Assembly: GCA_040954595.2 (NCBI GenBank)
Contig: CM082576.2
Coordinates: forward strand, 17,221,028 to 17,285,027
Source: Balanoglossus misakiensis
Lineage: Eukaryota; Animalia; Hemichordata
Length of the DNA stretch: 64,000 nt
Direction of reading: 5' to 3'
Shown: positions 35,711 to 48,491 of the stretch, piece by piece
Layout of the letters: each line of letters opens with the position of its first letter
Numbering within the stretch: the stretch's first letter is position 1
Notes under the pieces: model-generated
What the model was told of the DNA's origin: nothing
Database searches by the model: none
The model's input: the letters and a program-made list of their open reading frames with translations, nothing else
Program-made: the position numbers and the translations under genes

Positions 35711-37712
35711 TGTACACGTGGTTTTTGCCAAGGCTTGCGGACGGGTGTGTGTGTTCCCGGCGTTGTGGTGGCCTAACGGCGCGAACACATGCACACACAC
35801 CTGTACGCAGTGCCAGGTTTTTGCCATGGACTACCTCCATAGTCTCGCCAATCGCCGTACTGTTGAGTCATTGAACGAGTCTCAGCGATCGACCGATTTA
35901 CAGGCTAGAGTTTGTCGGGGTTCGGATAGACTTGCTCCATGTCTATGGGCGTCATTATCTCATAATAAATTTCAGAAAATGTTGTTCCGAGTCTCTCTAA
36001 TGTAGCGTGTGTGGCGACGGTAACTGATACCAGAAGCCAAGCTGCCCGAATGCGAAACTCAGCTAAGTACCAGAAACTCGCTCAAAGCTAGGAAATACAC
36101 GAAAGTATTGAGATAGAGATTAATATAAAGACAACAAATCACCAAGCAACTGGCGGCAACAACGAGGGTAGGGAGGCCCATGCCGTTTTGTGCGTTATCC
36201 TTCGGGGACATGGCGGTGGAGGCGGAGGAACGTAACTAAGTAAAGTCGACACTGCACTACAGCCGACCGTTCACTAAAATGACGCAAATATGGAAAAGAA
36301 ATGGGCCGCGAGGATTGCAATCGTATCACAGCATGGCAAAATCATGATGCCCACCCACACCTTCAAATTCAATTTCAAGTTAGCATTGTTGCGGAAGTCT
36401 AGTATTAACGCCTCCAAATCATTAAAATCCTTCAGCTACATATACCGATACCACTAGAACTCAATTTGCCTAGCGATATCATAATAACGTCATTCTTATT
36501 ACGATAAAAAATTATAGGCAGTGATCCGATCTTGACAATTACGTTTGGAATTACTACTCGTGGTATTATGCATATGGGGCATGAAGTTTTTTAGTGATGC
36601 GATGACGTTGTAACAAGATGATTTCAATAAATTGACGGAAGAAATTCTGAATCGTTCAGACTTGTTTCAAATGACAGCAATTTGCTGGCGCAATCAAAAT
36701 TCCTCGTTCTGCTACAGTGCTATGATAATTTGAAAAGTTTTGAGTAATACATACCGTCAAATCCTTCAGAACATCTCTTGTGGGACGCATCAAGTGTTGT
36801 GTGCAGGAACCGTGTGTGCCTGTGTTCTGCGATCACTTGCAATGAAATCTCTACACACGAACACCACGCTCAGTGACCGTACCATTATTCTATAGGGAGG
36901 GCCGAGGGGGTATGAGAGTGAGTTTGAAAAGGGAACAGCATGAAAGTGGGACGTGACAAGTGGGCAAAATTGACAAAATGCTCTGTCTGATTCTATTGAG
37001 AGTACTGGAACAACAAGTACCCCCTGTTCTGAAGAAAAGAGATGCTAAATACAGATGACCCAAACAACTGTTTCCAGGACGTACCTATGTAGCTACTAAA
37101 TTGAACCATATTGAACAATGTCGTAAACATACCAAAGAACGTATGAAACCGTCGTACACTGTCATGTCACCAGATTTATGGGTTTTTCACAATAGCCGGC
37201 GGCGCACTTTGAACTTTGATGTATGTAATTGTCGTGGCTTGTGTGTTTTACGCACACATTTGACTTCGAAGGAAAACGACCAGCGTCCTATTAGTTGTGG
37301 CACGACAGCAGATAAGTGTTCTGTGAGATGTACTGGGCTTTAGTCATGGGATCCGCTATCCGTTGAACGCTTTCCTGTACGGGAGATGCTCGAAACAGAG
37401 GTTGCGATGAATGAGCTCGACAGATATTTCCCCCATTGAAACACCATTTATTCATCATCTTTAACAAAATAAAACGGTTTGTTGGGGGAAAACAAAACAC
37501 GTGTGTTGAACACTTGTTATATATAGAGCGCTACGATACAATGCTCGAGCGATGTTTGCCCGTCATTCTGCAGGGCGGCTGATGTTGATGCGAAAATAAG
37601 AATGGCTGCAATTACCAGCCTGAAGAAAGTTTCGACTTTCTGGACTCAACGGCGACGGAGTGATGGTTGCCATGAATTTTCTTCGTAAGTCTGGTCAAAG
37701 CTCCTCGACTCG

Positions 37713-38865
37713 CAGGGGTAGCGCTAGGATTTTAAAGTTGTTAGTCACAGATTTTTACCGTGGCGAATGGGTTGAAGAATTTGTTAGCCACACACAACTT
37801 TCTTTAGCCACACAACTTTTACACAATAAAAAAAAACATGTTTCATATTACTTTAACATCTTTCTGTAATTTTGTTTGTATTATCTAATCACTGTCGCCC
37901 CACAGTTACCCTGCAAGTTCATTTACTGATAGAAAATGAGACTTCACATAACCACTAGAGTCCATATATCTAATGTAAATCATAAGGGAATTCAAGATTT
38001 CACAGCGACATCGGTACTTTCATCCACCATGAGAGAATACATTTTGAACGGGGAAGACAGAATATTAGCAATGATGGCATCATCTATCACCGACTCAATG
38101 GCAATTTGGAAATCATCTATATCAGCATGGATGATGATGTGTATACATGGCCTTAGCTTCATCCCTCTTTGTGATCTTCTGTAATGATTCACAACCCTGT
38201 TAATAAAAGAAATAGTTCACTCTGGTTAAGAATTATTTCTATACAATTCTGGGCTTTAAGCAAAACAATCCCTCAAATTTGAACACACAGTTCATTAATT
38301 GCTGTCCGCATATCATCACTTCGACCTGACCCGGCCTGTACATAGACCCTAGGCCTATACTGCCAAACTACGGAAGTGAAATAAAACACGTAGGCCTACG
38401 TTCATCATATTGCAAATAAATGTAGTTCTCCGACGTCAACTTACAAATGGATCATAACGGTAAGGAGCGGAGATTTGATATTAAAAACGCTAGCTGGCCT
38501 AACAGCCTGTTATCTAGAGCGCTCGTGCTTTGTTTGTGAAATCGTCTTTCTTGTTTTTTTCGCACGATTTCCCAGATATGAAGACATTGCGACGGCCAAT
38601 ATTTTCTTACACAAGGAACAACTCTCCCTACATCTGATTTTAATCAGATTGAACTCTCCTGTGCTCGGAAATGTGTGCCTGTGTTCGGCTGTTAATGTTC
38701 GGGGGTAATCCCGGTTATATTTTTTCCGCTGTGCTCCGCTGTCTGGCTTCGTTGAGCTTTCATTGTTTGACCTGAAGTACGTGTGAATGGCTGAGCCGCA
38801 GTCATTGTAAACACGTTCCGCTGGGATACGGTCACTCCACATGCCGCACCCAAATCTACACCCCT
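37713..38865 (-). mobile_element. hAT transposon relic
   Basis: Minus ORF 37992-38192 FQIAIESVI..SSP..YSLMVDESTD (first catalytic Asp region of hAT/ZMYM1-type transposases); CAGGGGT-type ends; interrupts the duplicated block. No clean TSD. Confidence 0.65.
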
Positions 38866-39399
38866 GGTCTATATCATTACAAAGACCCCCCCCCCCCTAT
38901 CGTTTTTTTATGAGAGTCAGATGGGGTTAGTCACCTAGTGACTAGTCGATAGTTGAGATTACTGTATATGTATGGGCACGGTCACCGTGGTATGGGTTTA
39001 CCGAGGAGGCCGTTCAAGTTCTCACTTGGTAAAAGAAGTTACATGTATACCCAGTACTCGCTGACCGATGTTTACTCATCCACTTAATCCGTGGATGGAG
39101 CACACAGATTAAGTCGTTAGCAGGTGCTTACAGGATGGTGTCTGATTCTACTGTGATGGCAAGCATGCGATCACATTCATGTACAGTGTATTGGGTAATG
39201 CAAAGACTGGATAGTGTTTTGAATGCGGTAGGCACTATATGCTACGACGTCTGTTTGAGAATTTCCCGCGGGTTGTGCTCGTAGCGGTCCAGGGCACTCA
39301 TTCAACAGGTGGCCGTTAAATAGCCGAGCGATTCAGATTGTGAATGAAACCATGGAGGTACTAGTACCTCCATATGGGGTGAGATTAGTGCCAAAACAA

Positions 39400-39785
39400 T
39401 TCTGTTAACATTATTTTATTTTGTTATAATTATTTCATTTTTGCATTCTTTTTTAATTCTGTTTGCATTCTTATTTCATTATGTTTACATTTTTATTCAA
39501 TTTTGTTTGCATTTTTATTTCATTATGTTTACATTTTTTTTCAATTCTATTTACATTTTTCTTCAATTCTGTTTGCATTTTTATTCAATTGTGTTTGCAT
39601 TTTTATTTCATTATGTTTACATTTTTATTAAATTCTGTTTGCATTTTTATTCAATTGTGTTTGCATTTTTATTCAATTCTGTTTACATTTTTATTCAATT
39701 CTGTTTGCATTTTTATTCAATTCTGTTTGCATTTTTATTCAATTCTGTTTGCATTTTTATTTCATTTTGTTTGCGTTTTTATTTT
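39400..39785. repeat. 22-bp minisatellite (TTTGCATTTTTATTCAATTCTG)n, about 17 units
   Basis: Period of 22 read directly (attcaattct at 39671 and 39693); explains the spurious F/L/H-rich ORFs 39441 and 39463. Confidence 0.9.
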
Positions 39786-39842
39786 TTTTTTAATGTTGCA
39801 TATGTATATCTTGATGACCTATCCCACAATCCTTCGAACAAA

Positions 39843-40290
39843 ATGGCTGGTGACAACGTTATGACACTGGCTAATGAACTACAGGCAATAGCCTATTCCC
39901 TTCAATTGTCTCAAGTTGGTCAGCTTGAAGATATATATGATCGCGTGAATGCTTCTCAAGATTAACTCATGGTACTTCAACTTGAATTCTGTACTCCGAG
40001 TTTAGTGTTAGACCTTAGCCAAAGATATCATAGATAATCTCTTAGTGCTGACAAAGATGACTTTCCCTACCAATCATTGCCGACATTTTCTGGTGAACCA
40101 GGACGATCAAGGTATACCATTCATCGAGAATAACCGCAATTACTTAATAAAGGTGTTTAATATTCCTACTATTTCAAAACTTCTGGGTGTATCCACGCGA
40201 ACAGTATGGAGAAGAATGTCCAATTTTGGGCTCTCCATAGGTGGATATTACTCTGTACTGACAGATGCAGACTTGGATAACATCAAATTT
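39843..40290 (+). mobile_element. IS3EU-like transposase N-terminal fragment (HTH)
   Basis: FNIPTISKLLGVSTRTVWRRMSNFGLSI..YSVLTDADLD; stop at 39963 and frameshifts; truncated by the 40297 repeat. Confidence 0.6.
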
Positions 40291-41369
40291 TCATCAAGTT
40301 CACCAGCCGACTTGGAGCTATCCGCACAGGAGAATTAGGCGTTTCGGGGAAACAAACAAACAAACAAACAAATAAAAATTAAGAAACAACAACCACCGTC
40401 ATGATATAAAACGCGGTGTTTTGAATTGAGCCGCCGGCTCGCGTGATCGAGCAGCTGACACAAGAAGTGGCTTGTATCAACGGTCCCTTCCGTATGCTAC
40501 TAGCTTAGTATATTGGTATGTATATAGCGAAAACTGCTCGACACTGTTGAATATTCACCGTATTTTAGCCTCTAAATTTTTGTCAACTTCAAAATTCCTA
40601 CCCCATTTCTAAACATCGATAAACAGACTATCATATCGGCATCGATTTATCTGTCTCAGCTCTCTTACTACCATGACTACTGGTTGTCGCTAGCGCGTAA
40701 AAATGTGCCGGTCACAGTTTTTGAGGCGCGTACCACCGCCGCCGGGCCCTAGGTCAACCAAGATACAAATTTCGAATTTTTAAGTAGTCTCACTTGTTGA
40801 TACTAGCATACGGAAGGGCGGCTAGATGTCCTACTTGTGCTAAGCTCCGCATGGCAGGAAGCCAGACGCGTAGCGCAGCCCATCATGTCAAAATGTACAT
40901 GTGTCTGACACCGATGGAATCCCCTGCCCTTACATACCAAACAGGCGTCTAGCATAGAATATATGTTGTAGCACTAGGATTACGTAACGAAGCAAATATA
41001 AAACTCTCCTACATTAATGTGTAAAACGAAAATGTAATAGCAATGCAACAAATAATTATAATCACATGACTTCCTTAACCCTGTATAGTAATCGGTCTAA
41101 CGATATACTTCCTATAGTATTAAATCGTACTTTATCTCCGAAAATAATATTTAGATCATATATCTAAGTCTTAAAACTCAGCTGAAACGTATTCTGGCGA
41201 CTTGGTTACACGAACACCTGTTAAATAAACTGAGATGTTACCTTACTATTTTGTTACTCCATTAGCTGTAACTTGGACCTTCTTTTTCAGTATATGCTTG
41301 AATCTGGAATCATTTTTCAATATATCTTTCGTATATATTTCTAGTGCTACAACATATTTTCTATGCTAG

Positions 41370-42597
41370 AACCTTGTTACATATCTACTGGTGTTCTTCG
41401 AATATGTTACTAAATCTGTGGATGAGGGAAACCCAGTCGACATAGCCTACCTGGATTTCAGTAAAGCTTTTGACAAGGTCCCACACACCAGGTTGGTGGC
41501 TAAACTAGAAGCTCATGGCATCGTCGGTAAAATTAAGTCATGGATACAGAATTGGTTAGATGGAAGAGCACAGCGAACAGTATTAAATGGTTCAGCATCT
41601 ATGTGGTCTACAGTTACAAGTGGTGTCCCACAGGGGTCCGTGCTCGGTCCCATCTTATTCCTGATTTATATTAATGACATTGACGATGCTGTAAAGTCAG
41701 TGATCCTTAAGTTTGCTGATGACACTAAACTTGGCAGAATTGTTAGGAATCAGGAGGACAAGGAGAAATTCCAGAAAGATCTTGACAACCTTGAAGCTTG
41801 GTCGGAGGAATGGCAGATGTCATTTAATGTTGACAAATGTAAGGTAATGCATGTGGGATCAACAAATCCATCATTTAACTACACCATGAATAATAAAGCA
41901 CTCACTCCAGTTGAAGAGGAAAAGGATCTGGGGGTGCTTATTCACAATTCCATGAAGACAAGTCGACACTGTGCTGAAGCAGTAAAGAAAGCAAATAGAG
42001 CCCTTGGAGTTATTAAAAGGAATATAAAGTACAAGACAAAGTTTAATATTATGCAACTATACAAGTCACTGGTTAGACCCCACATTGAATATGCTGTACA
42101 ATACTGGAACCCACACTATACTAAGGATGTTGAATTAGTCGAAAAAGTACAACGAAGAGCAACAAAACTGATACCAGAGCTTAGCCATCTCAGCTATGAA
42201 TCCAGGTTAAAAGAACTTAAACTGACAACTTTAGAAGAAAGAAGAACAAGAGGGGACTTGATACAAGTATTCAGGATTGTGAAAAGAATAGATAGAGTTT
42301 CCCCAGACGTACTGTTCACATTCAGTCAACATCACAGGACAAGGGGGCACTCACTTAAATTAGCAAAATCATGCTTTCGCCTGGACTGCAGGAAATTCTT
42401 CTTCACCCAACGGATTATAGCTGAATGGAACAAACTACCTACACGTATTGTTGATGCTAAAACTGTTCTGGACTTCAAAATAAGACTTGACAGCTACAAA
42501 GGACAATGAGGGATTATATAAGCCAAAAGGCTTCCTTCCCTGACTGGCCATGATTTTAAATCATGGCAATCAAGATAAATCAAGATAAATCAAGATA
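41370..42597 (+). mobile_element. 5'-truncated CR1-clade LINE with an open 372-aa RT C-terminal ORF
   Basis: ORF 41391-42509: YLDFSKAFDKVPH, SGVPQGSVLGP, KFADDTK, EKDLGV, LYKSLVRPHIEYAVQ, RTRGH; 3' hairpin GCCATGATTTTAAATCATGGC and (AATCAAGATA)3 tail. Confidence 0.95.
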
Positions 42598-43942
42598 TGG
42601 CGGAGTATGATAAGCTGTCGAACATTCATTTGGCGGCCATATTTGATTTATGCAGAATATAAAGTGCAAATGAAAACAAAATATTTACAAAATTGTTCCA
42701 AATGTCATAGAGATAATTTTGAATTTTGAATTAAAAAACACTAAAGCTTACTAAGTATCATATATACTGCCCAAATATGTGTTTTAGGAATAAAGTCCGC
42801 CATATTGAATTTATGCAAATCATAAAAACTGCCCATGTCAAATATTATTCCAAAATGTTTCTTCGTGAACATGAAATAGTTTTAAACTTTAAAATCATGG
42901 TAAAAAGCGTTTATTTCTTGATATTTGGTCCAAAAATCTCCAATATTAAATTTATGCAAATTAGACATATTTACACAAGGTGGATTCGGGTGATCTTAAG
43001 ATGTTGTTCTAGACACCTCTCCAAAATGCATTTTGAAGAAAAAAATTATGTTGTAATTTGTGGTGGGTCTTGCCCTATATTGACTAGACTATTGGAAATT
43101 AGAAAAACAGAAACTGGAAAAGAAAATTGAAGTGAGTATCATTTGAATGTGTTAAAATATCTACATCTAGTTGAAATAAACAACATAACCAAAATACTAA
43201 AACTAAATTTTTTTCCTGTATTTTTTCAAGGAAACCCCAAAAGACAATGACAATATGCAATCCACCATTCAGCTGTTAAATATCAGTCTCATCTGTCAAT
43301 GAAATACTGTCAATACAAGAAACTGAACTGAGTAAGGCAGGTAGGTCTTCAGCATCTTGTCTGTGTATGTTACTGTGCTGTGCTGTGCTGTGCTGTGCTG
43401 TGCTGTACTGTGTGTCTGTCTTCCTGTCTGTGTGTCACAGTCTGCATTATTATTGTTATATGTAAAGATTCACACAGCCACATGAAACTCACATGGCTCA
43501 CACACAGACAGTGGAATTTCTCCAGTGGCCACGCATGCACAGTACTCACAACACATTACACCTAACATTGACAGTGATACTCCAATAAATTTTCAGAACA
43601 AAGCGGAGATTCTGGACAGCGGCAACAATAAAACACAGAACCTTTTGAACAAGTAAGTAGAGCATTGTCACAATTGTTTCGTTTGTTTTAAATTATCATA
43701 TTTGCTTATAAATGTATAGAACTGGTGTCCCAGCATAACCCTGTGGGAAAATCACAGTTTCGCGTTGGGTATAGTGCAGTCTTCAAAGACAAGGAAAATA
43801 CACAAATATACATAAATCCTTTGATTGAACATCTGAAAAAACTTCCAAATCATAAGTCTTCAGTGGGTCACAGAGCAGCGGGTTGATATTTTTTAATTGA
43901 TGCATCATGCCTGAGAAATAAAAAAAAATCTCTCATTCGTAG

Positions 43943-46706
43943 GTGGTGCAAGAAAAGTCCCAAGAGATAGTCAACAAGAAAGATGATTTCAACTACAGAA
44001 CACAGGTGAGATTTAGGGGTTATTACACTAATTTTGGTCGATAACGCGTCGTATTCGAGTGATGTCCGTATTTTGACGAGTTGCGCTTCGCAACGAGTCA
44101 AAATACGGACATCGCCACCCCTTTATCATACATGCCTACCTATAAAACAGTACGATTTGCGAGAATGCGCCGAGAAAAACAATTTCAAATTTGAACCGGG
44201 CGGTGGGATCACGGATGACGTGTGGGCCGTAGTATCATTTTAAGGGGGTTGGCAGCTTTCATTACGATGGGCACATCCGCATTCTAAATAGAATTGTGTA
44301 CGTTCTCTTTCAAAATATCATGTCAACAATTATTTGAATACGTTGGATGCAAAATTTGCAGAATATTTTGATTAATATGTGTAATTATGCACATGCGCAT
44401 AAGACGATCGTCGGCCTTTAATTTAGTCTTTGCGATGAAGTGGTTGGTTCTTGTTTGTGGTTTGTGCTGTAGAATGTCTGGGATTGTTATTTTTCTCTGT
44501 CAAATCAAATCAAATCAAGTGAAGTCAATATCATGGTGTTGATCCATATTTCTTGTGTGTATCCGTATCTTCAACCAGATTAAGAGACTGGAGGAAGAAC
44601 TCTCCAGCTGTCGTAACGAGTGTTCGGTGTGACAGCATGCACTCCGAGTCAAATATGCCGAAATCCAGATGCAGCTATCAAAGTACAAGGTACATGTAAG
44701 AAGAAGACATCAATTTGTGGTGGCACTTGAACACTCAGTGGGAAGGTTGGAGGCAAACTCCACACAACAACAGTGTCCAACGCAACAGAAGTTCAAAGTC
44801 AACCAGTTGTGACTGAGAGTGTGTGTGAACTGGATATTAGACATTAAAATTTGCCATTGAATATTCAGATCACTACAGTATGCATGGTAAAACCTGTCTG
44901 AACTGTACACCAAAGTCACTGAAGAAATTAATTGCAGACGTGTCTGGTTTATAGAGGTTCTCCTATGCGAAAGGAGTTGAAAAAATGTGTTTGGTATAGA
45001 CAGGCTTGTAGAATAGAAAATGTTCAGTTCAGACAGGCTATACTTTAAAATATGCCACATAATCTTCACCAGCCAACAACCATCATGATTCTGATACGAT
45101 ATGCTTTTGAGAGGACAGTTATTCACAAATGATTTTTTTTTCTTCGCCCCTTGACAGGCTCTCCAGGAGGAGTTCTCTTTTCAAGAAATGGCCAACATCT
45201 TGGATGTCAAGTTGCAAGAAAGCGAACATGTGCTGAACGGCATGAAGAGCTTCGTAGCCAGGTATGTGCCCGTGGTGTGTTCTCGCAACAGGTTTTGAAT
45301 CACTTCAGGTCATCAAATGATTTACCACTCAAAGGGTACTGGCAAATGCTGAGAGTCTGTTTAGCGCTTTCTGTCACCTCACCTATAATTATCATCATAT
45401 TTTTCCCGCCAACAGTGTTGTGGGAAGAAATGGTGACATAGAGTACAAAACAATTAAGCTGCATTTACAAACTGATTTCCTATGAATAGAGAGCCGACTT
45501 TGCCTGCGGTAGAATCCAAATGTTACAAGGTAGGACCAATGCCAAGAGATAGAGTGCTTTCACATGATGTTGTGTATTGTATATTGTGCTTCATATAAAT
45601 TTTCCTATATCTTGTATAATTTATATATGTGTGTGAGTGTGTGTGTGCGTGGTTGGCTGGCGAACTGTGGTGTGGGTATAGCGCCACCAGTGGCAGAAAT
45701 GGGAACAATTAATCATAAGACTGTACTTCTTTTCACGTCACTCGACTCTGATATGCTTGTTTCCATTTCTGCCACTGGTGGCGCTGTGCATTCCAATCCA
45801 GAGCCCAGCCTGAGTTCAGATCTATATTTACACCACCACAGTTCACCAGCCGACTTGGAGCTATCCGCACAGGCGAATTAGGCGTTCTTTTCGGGGAAAC
45901 AAACAAACAAACAAATAAAAATTAAGAAACAATAACCACCGTCATGATATAAAACGCGGTGTTTGGAATTGAGCCACCGGTCAGTGAATTGGACCAGGTT
46001 TTCTCTGGGGATATTTGCCTGAAATGTGATGTGATTTTACATCATTTTTTTTTCAAGTTTGGAGAATGAACGGCTTGTGGCAGAGCTGGAACAAGTGACC
46101 AGGGAGAGAGACCGTCTGGCAGAACAGATACAACAAGACAACCAGCTGATACAACAACAGGTGTCAAGTGCCAAGCAAAAATGTAAGTGATGGGTGAGTA
46201 TTGTCACAAGATGAACCACTGCAGATTGCTGTTTGGAGTGGACACTAGCAATAGTTTTAACTCTGAAATACTTCGATACAGTTTATAAATTCAAAGACAA
46301 GAAACTGTCAAATGCAAAGATTTGCACCAAGCTGGATATGAGACCCCAGAAATGTGATAATAGATAAAGTAACTCATTATTAACCCTTTCACCCCCCCCC
46401 CCCCCCCCCAGTTGCTTCTGTAGAGGTCCAACCAATTACCATAGAAAACAATGGGTTTGGAGTGAACCATGGTGGTGAACGGATTAAACAAGTCGTCACG
46501 TTGCATTGGCCACCAGTACATGTATGTGGTTCAGTTTAGTGTTCTACTTGTGCAAATGCTCTCCAATTTACTCTGTCCATTTTCGATGTGAAGGCTTTTA
46601 TTCCATGTGTGATGATGGTAAATTTCTTTTCAGACGAACAACAGTCCACAGATGTGATCAGCACTGTGGAAGAACAGAAAGCAAATTGTTAATGGAAAAA
46701 TCACAG
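43943..46706 (+). pseudogene. Intron-containing coiled-coil gene fragment, disrupted; parent not identified
   Basis: Phase-consistent exons 43943-44005, 44579-44689, 45158-45261, 46058-46182, 46634-46706: VVQEKSQEIVNKKDDFNYRTQ/IKRLEEELSSCRNECSV*QHALRVKYAEIQMQLSKYK/ALQEEFSFQEMANILDVKLQESE../LENERLVAELEQVTRERDRLAEQIQQDNQ../YEQQSTDVISTVEEQK. TGA at 44630; probable 1-nt loss in the last exon; more decayed exons at about 43231-43339 and 43597-43652. Confidence 0.7.
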
Positions 46707-47724
46707 GTAATCAGACCACATCACACTATCTCCCTGATTTTTGCCACCACTATGTTCTTGCATGTCTAACCTGATTTCGGTCGAATTTGGCACAAGAACT
46801 ACTGAGAAGTGGTGGGGGTGGGGGTCATGTCTCCCCTGAGTTCTAATTCAAGGGGGCTTTGGTAAAAAGTAGGAGGAATCATAATTTGCATAACTTATAA
46901 ATATCAAGAAATTAACATTTTTAATGTTTAACTGCATTTATTCCATGTTTTATAAACAATTTACATGTAAACATGACAAAATAATAACAATTACAGTTTT
47001 TTCTACTTTAGTAGGTTTGGCAGAGGAAGACACCAGCTAGCAGCTTGTTGTACATAGATTTCTGCCAGAAAGTTTCTGGGCATGTAATTTGAAAAAGGCT
47101 GGAGAGCTGAAAATAACACTCCTGAAATTAACTTCAGAGGTCATAGAGTACTAACTAACTGCTCCCCTGTAGAGAAGTGAATTGAATAAAATTAAATGCA
47201 ACTGGAAAAACAAAGTGTCTTTCTTTTATACTTTATACATACATGGGAACATTTTTCTTGTTTACATTTTAAATATTCCAGTTTAGCTGCCCAAAATACC
47301 ACTAACTGCGAAACTGGGACATAAAAGTACAAGAAAGCATTTCTAAACTTAATTACCAGTAAACATTACTGTATTTGGAAAGTCAACAAATGACATTATC
47401 ACATATAAAGATCATAAATTGAAGTGCAGCCTCACTGCTCAATTGCTTTTGTGATCTCAGAATGTATGACTCTATTGGATGACCTTCAGGCTTTTTGTCA
47501 TCAGTGTGTCTGGGCTTATAGTATCCGGAAAGTAAAATTTTACTTTCTATTTAGGGGGAATGAACTTCATTCAAACAAGGTCAAGGACAACAAATGCAGT
47601 CTTGATAATGGCCGTGACCCCAGTCTGGGAATCTGCTTAAAATTGAAAAGGTTCTACTGTCAACCCAAGCCTAATGTTTGGGTAATAAGCCATGAACAGA
47701 AACATTCCTTTCTTGGCCCTACTG

Positions 47725-47884
47725 TAGACTTTCTCACAGCCCACAGTTCGCTACAAGGCTCTTCACTGACGCGCCCTCAACCGTTTAGCAAAGGAGAAGC
47801 CCCATATGGTGTTGTGTAGCCGGGCACACATGCAATCAGACCATAAGCCTGCATGGACGATGAGAGGGGCTGGGAGAGAGTCTA
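47725..47884. mobile_element. AcademH-like mini-element (family of 401-492)
   Basis: TAGACT..AGTCTA; duplication GGCCCTACTG (47715-47724/47885-47894). Confidence 0.85.
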
Positions 47885-48491
47885 GGCCCTACTGTAGCCA
47901 GGTGTTTCATGGTTTTTCTTCCACATAAATTCACTGAGGTGCCCTCTAACAAACATAATTTTTCAAAACTTTGAGTCAATTTGAGGATTTCAAAAATTTC
48001 TCTGAGTCAGCCGTATATCACTGCATGTAGTGTGGAAAATGTTCTTGAGTCACCAGTGAGTTTGTTGAGTCAGTGGCGCATCATATGGGCTTAGAGGGCA
48101 TCACATTGTGAGGAAGATAGGTCCAGCACATTTTTTCCATGATTCAAAATACAGTTAATGCCATCTTTGACAATTCTGGCAATTTCCCCATGTTTCTGGA
48201 AAAAATCGCACAAGTTATACTTTGCGAAAATGTCTTTCCTGAAAGAGAGCCCTCAAGGGTAACACATCATTAGATATCGGCCGGACTGAACTACTCCTTT
48301 AATAGTCAAGGAGGTTGACACACCTCCTTGGTTCTAATACTCTAAGCCACCCTGAGCCAGAACCCCCAGCAACAACTAGCTTGATCTCACAAACAGTACA
48401 CTGTTTTCAGGAAATCAACATATCTACTGTGTGACAAATCAATGGACAACACGTAACTGTTCTGTGACAGAATGGGTCAAACATCTGCAGT

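Noticed and set aside
38960-39125. tRNA gene or tRNA-derived SINE
   Set aside because: Only vague A/B-box resemblance; no cloverleaf. No tRNA or rRNA gene was recognised in the window.
39400-39785. CRISPR array
   Set aside because: Contiguous tandem units without unique spacers; eukaryotic context; no cas genes.
39441-39965. 174-aa and 133-aa hydrophobic ORFs as membrane proteins
   Set aside because: They are translations of the 22-bp minisatellite.
44630-44632. Selenocysteine codon
   Set aside because: Coiled-coil context with other disablements; no SECIS recognised.
45679-45787. CTCF-like GCGCCACCAGTGG pair
   Set aside because: These are the inverted arms of a small MITE and one base short of the consensus; no further support.
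47390-47510. Alternative last exon of ZFYVE19 (HTDDKKPEGHPIESY)
   Set aside because: 48573-48492 has a better acceptor and matches the conserved GHD..EH..Y end.
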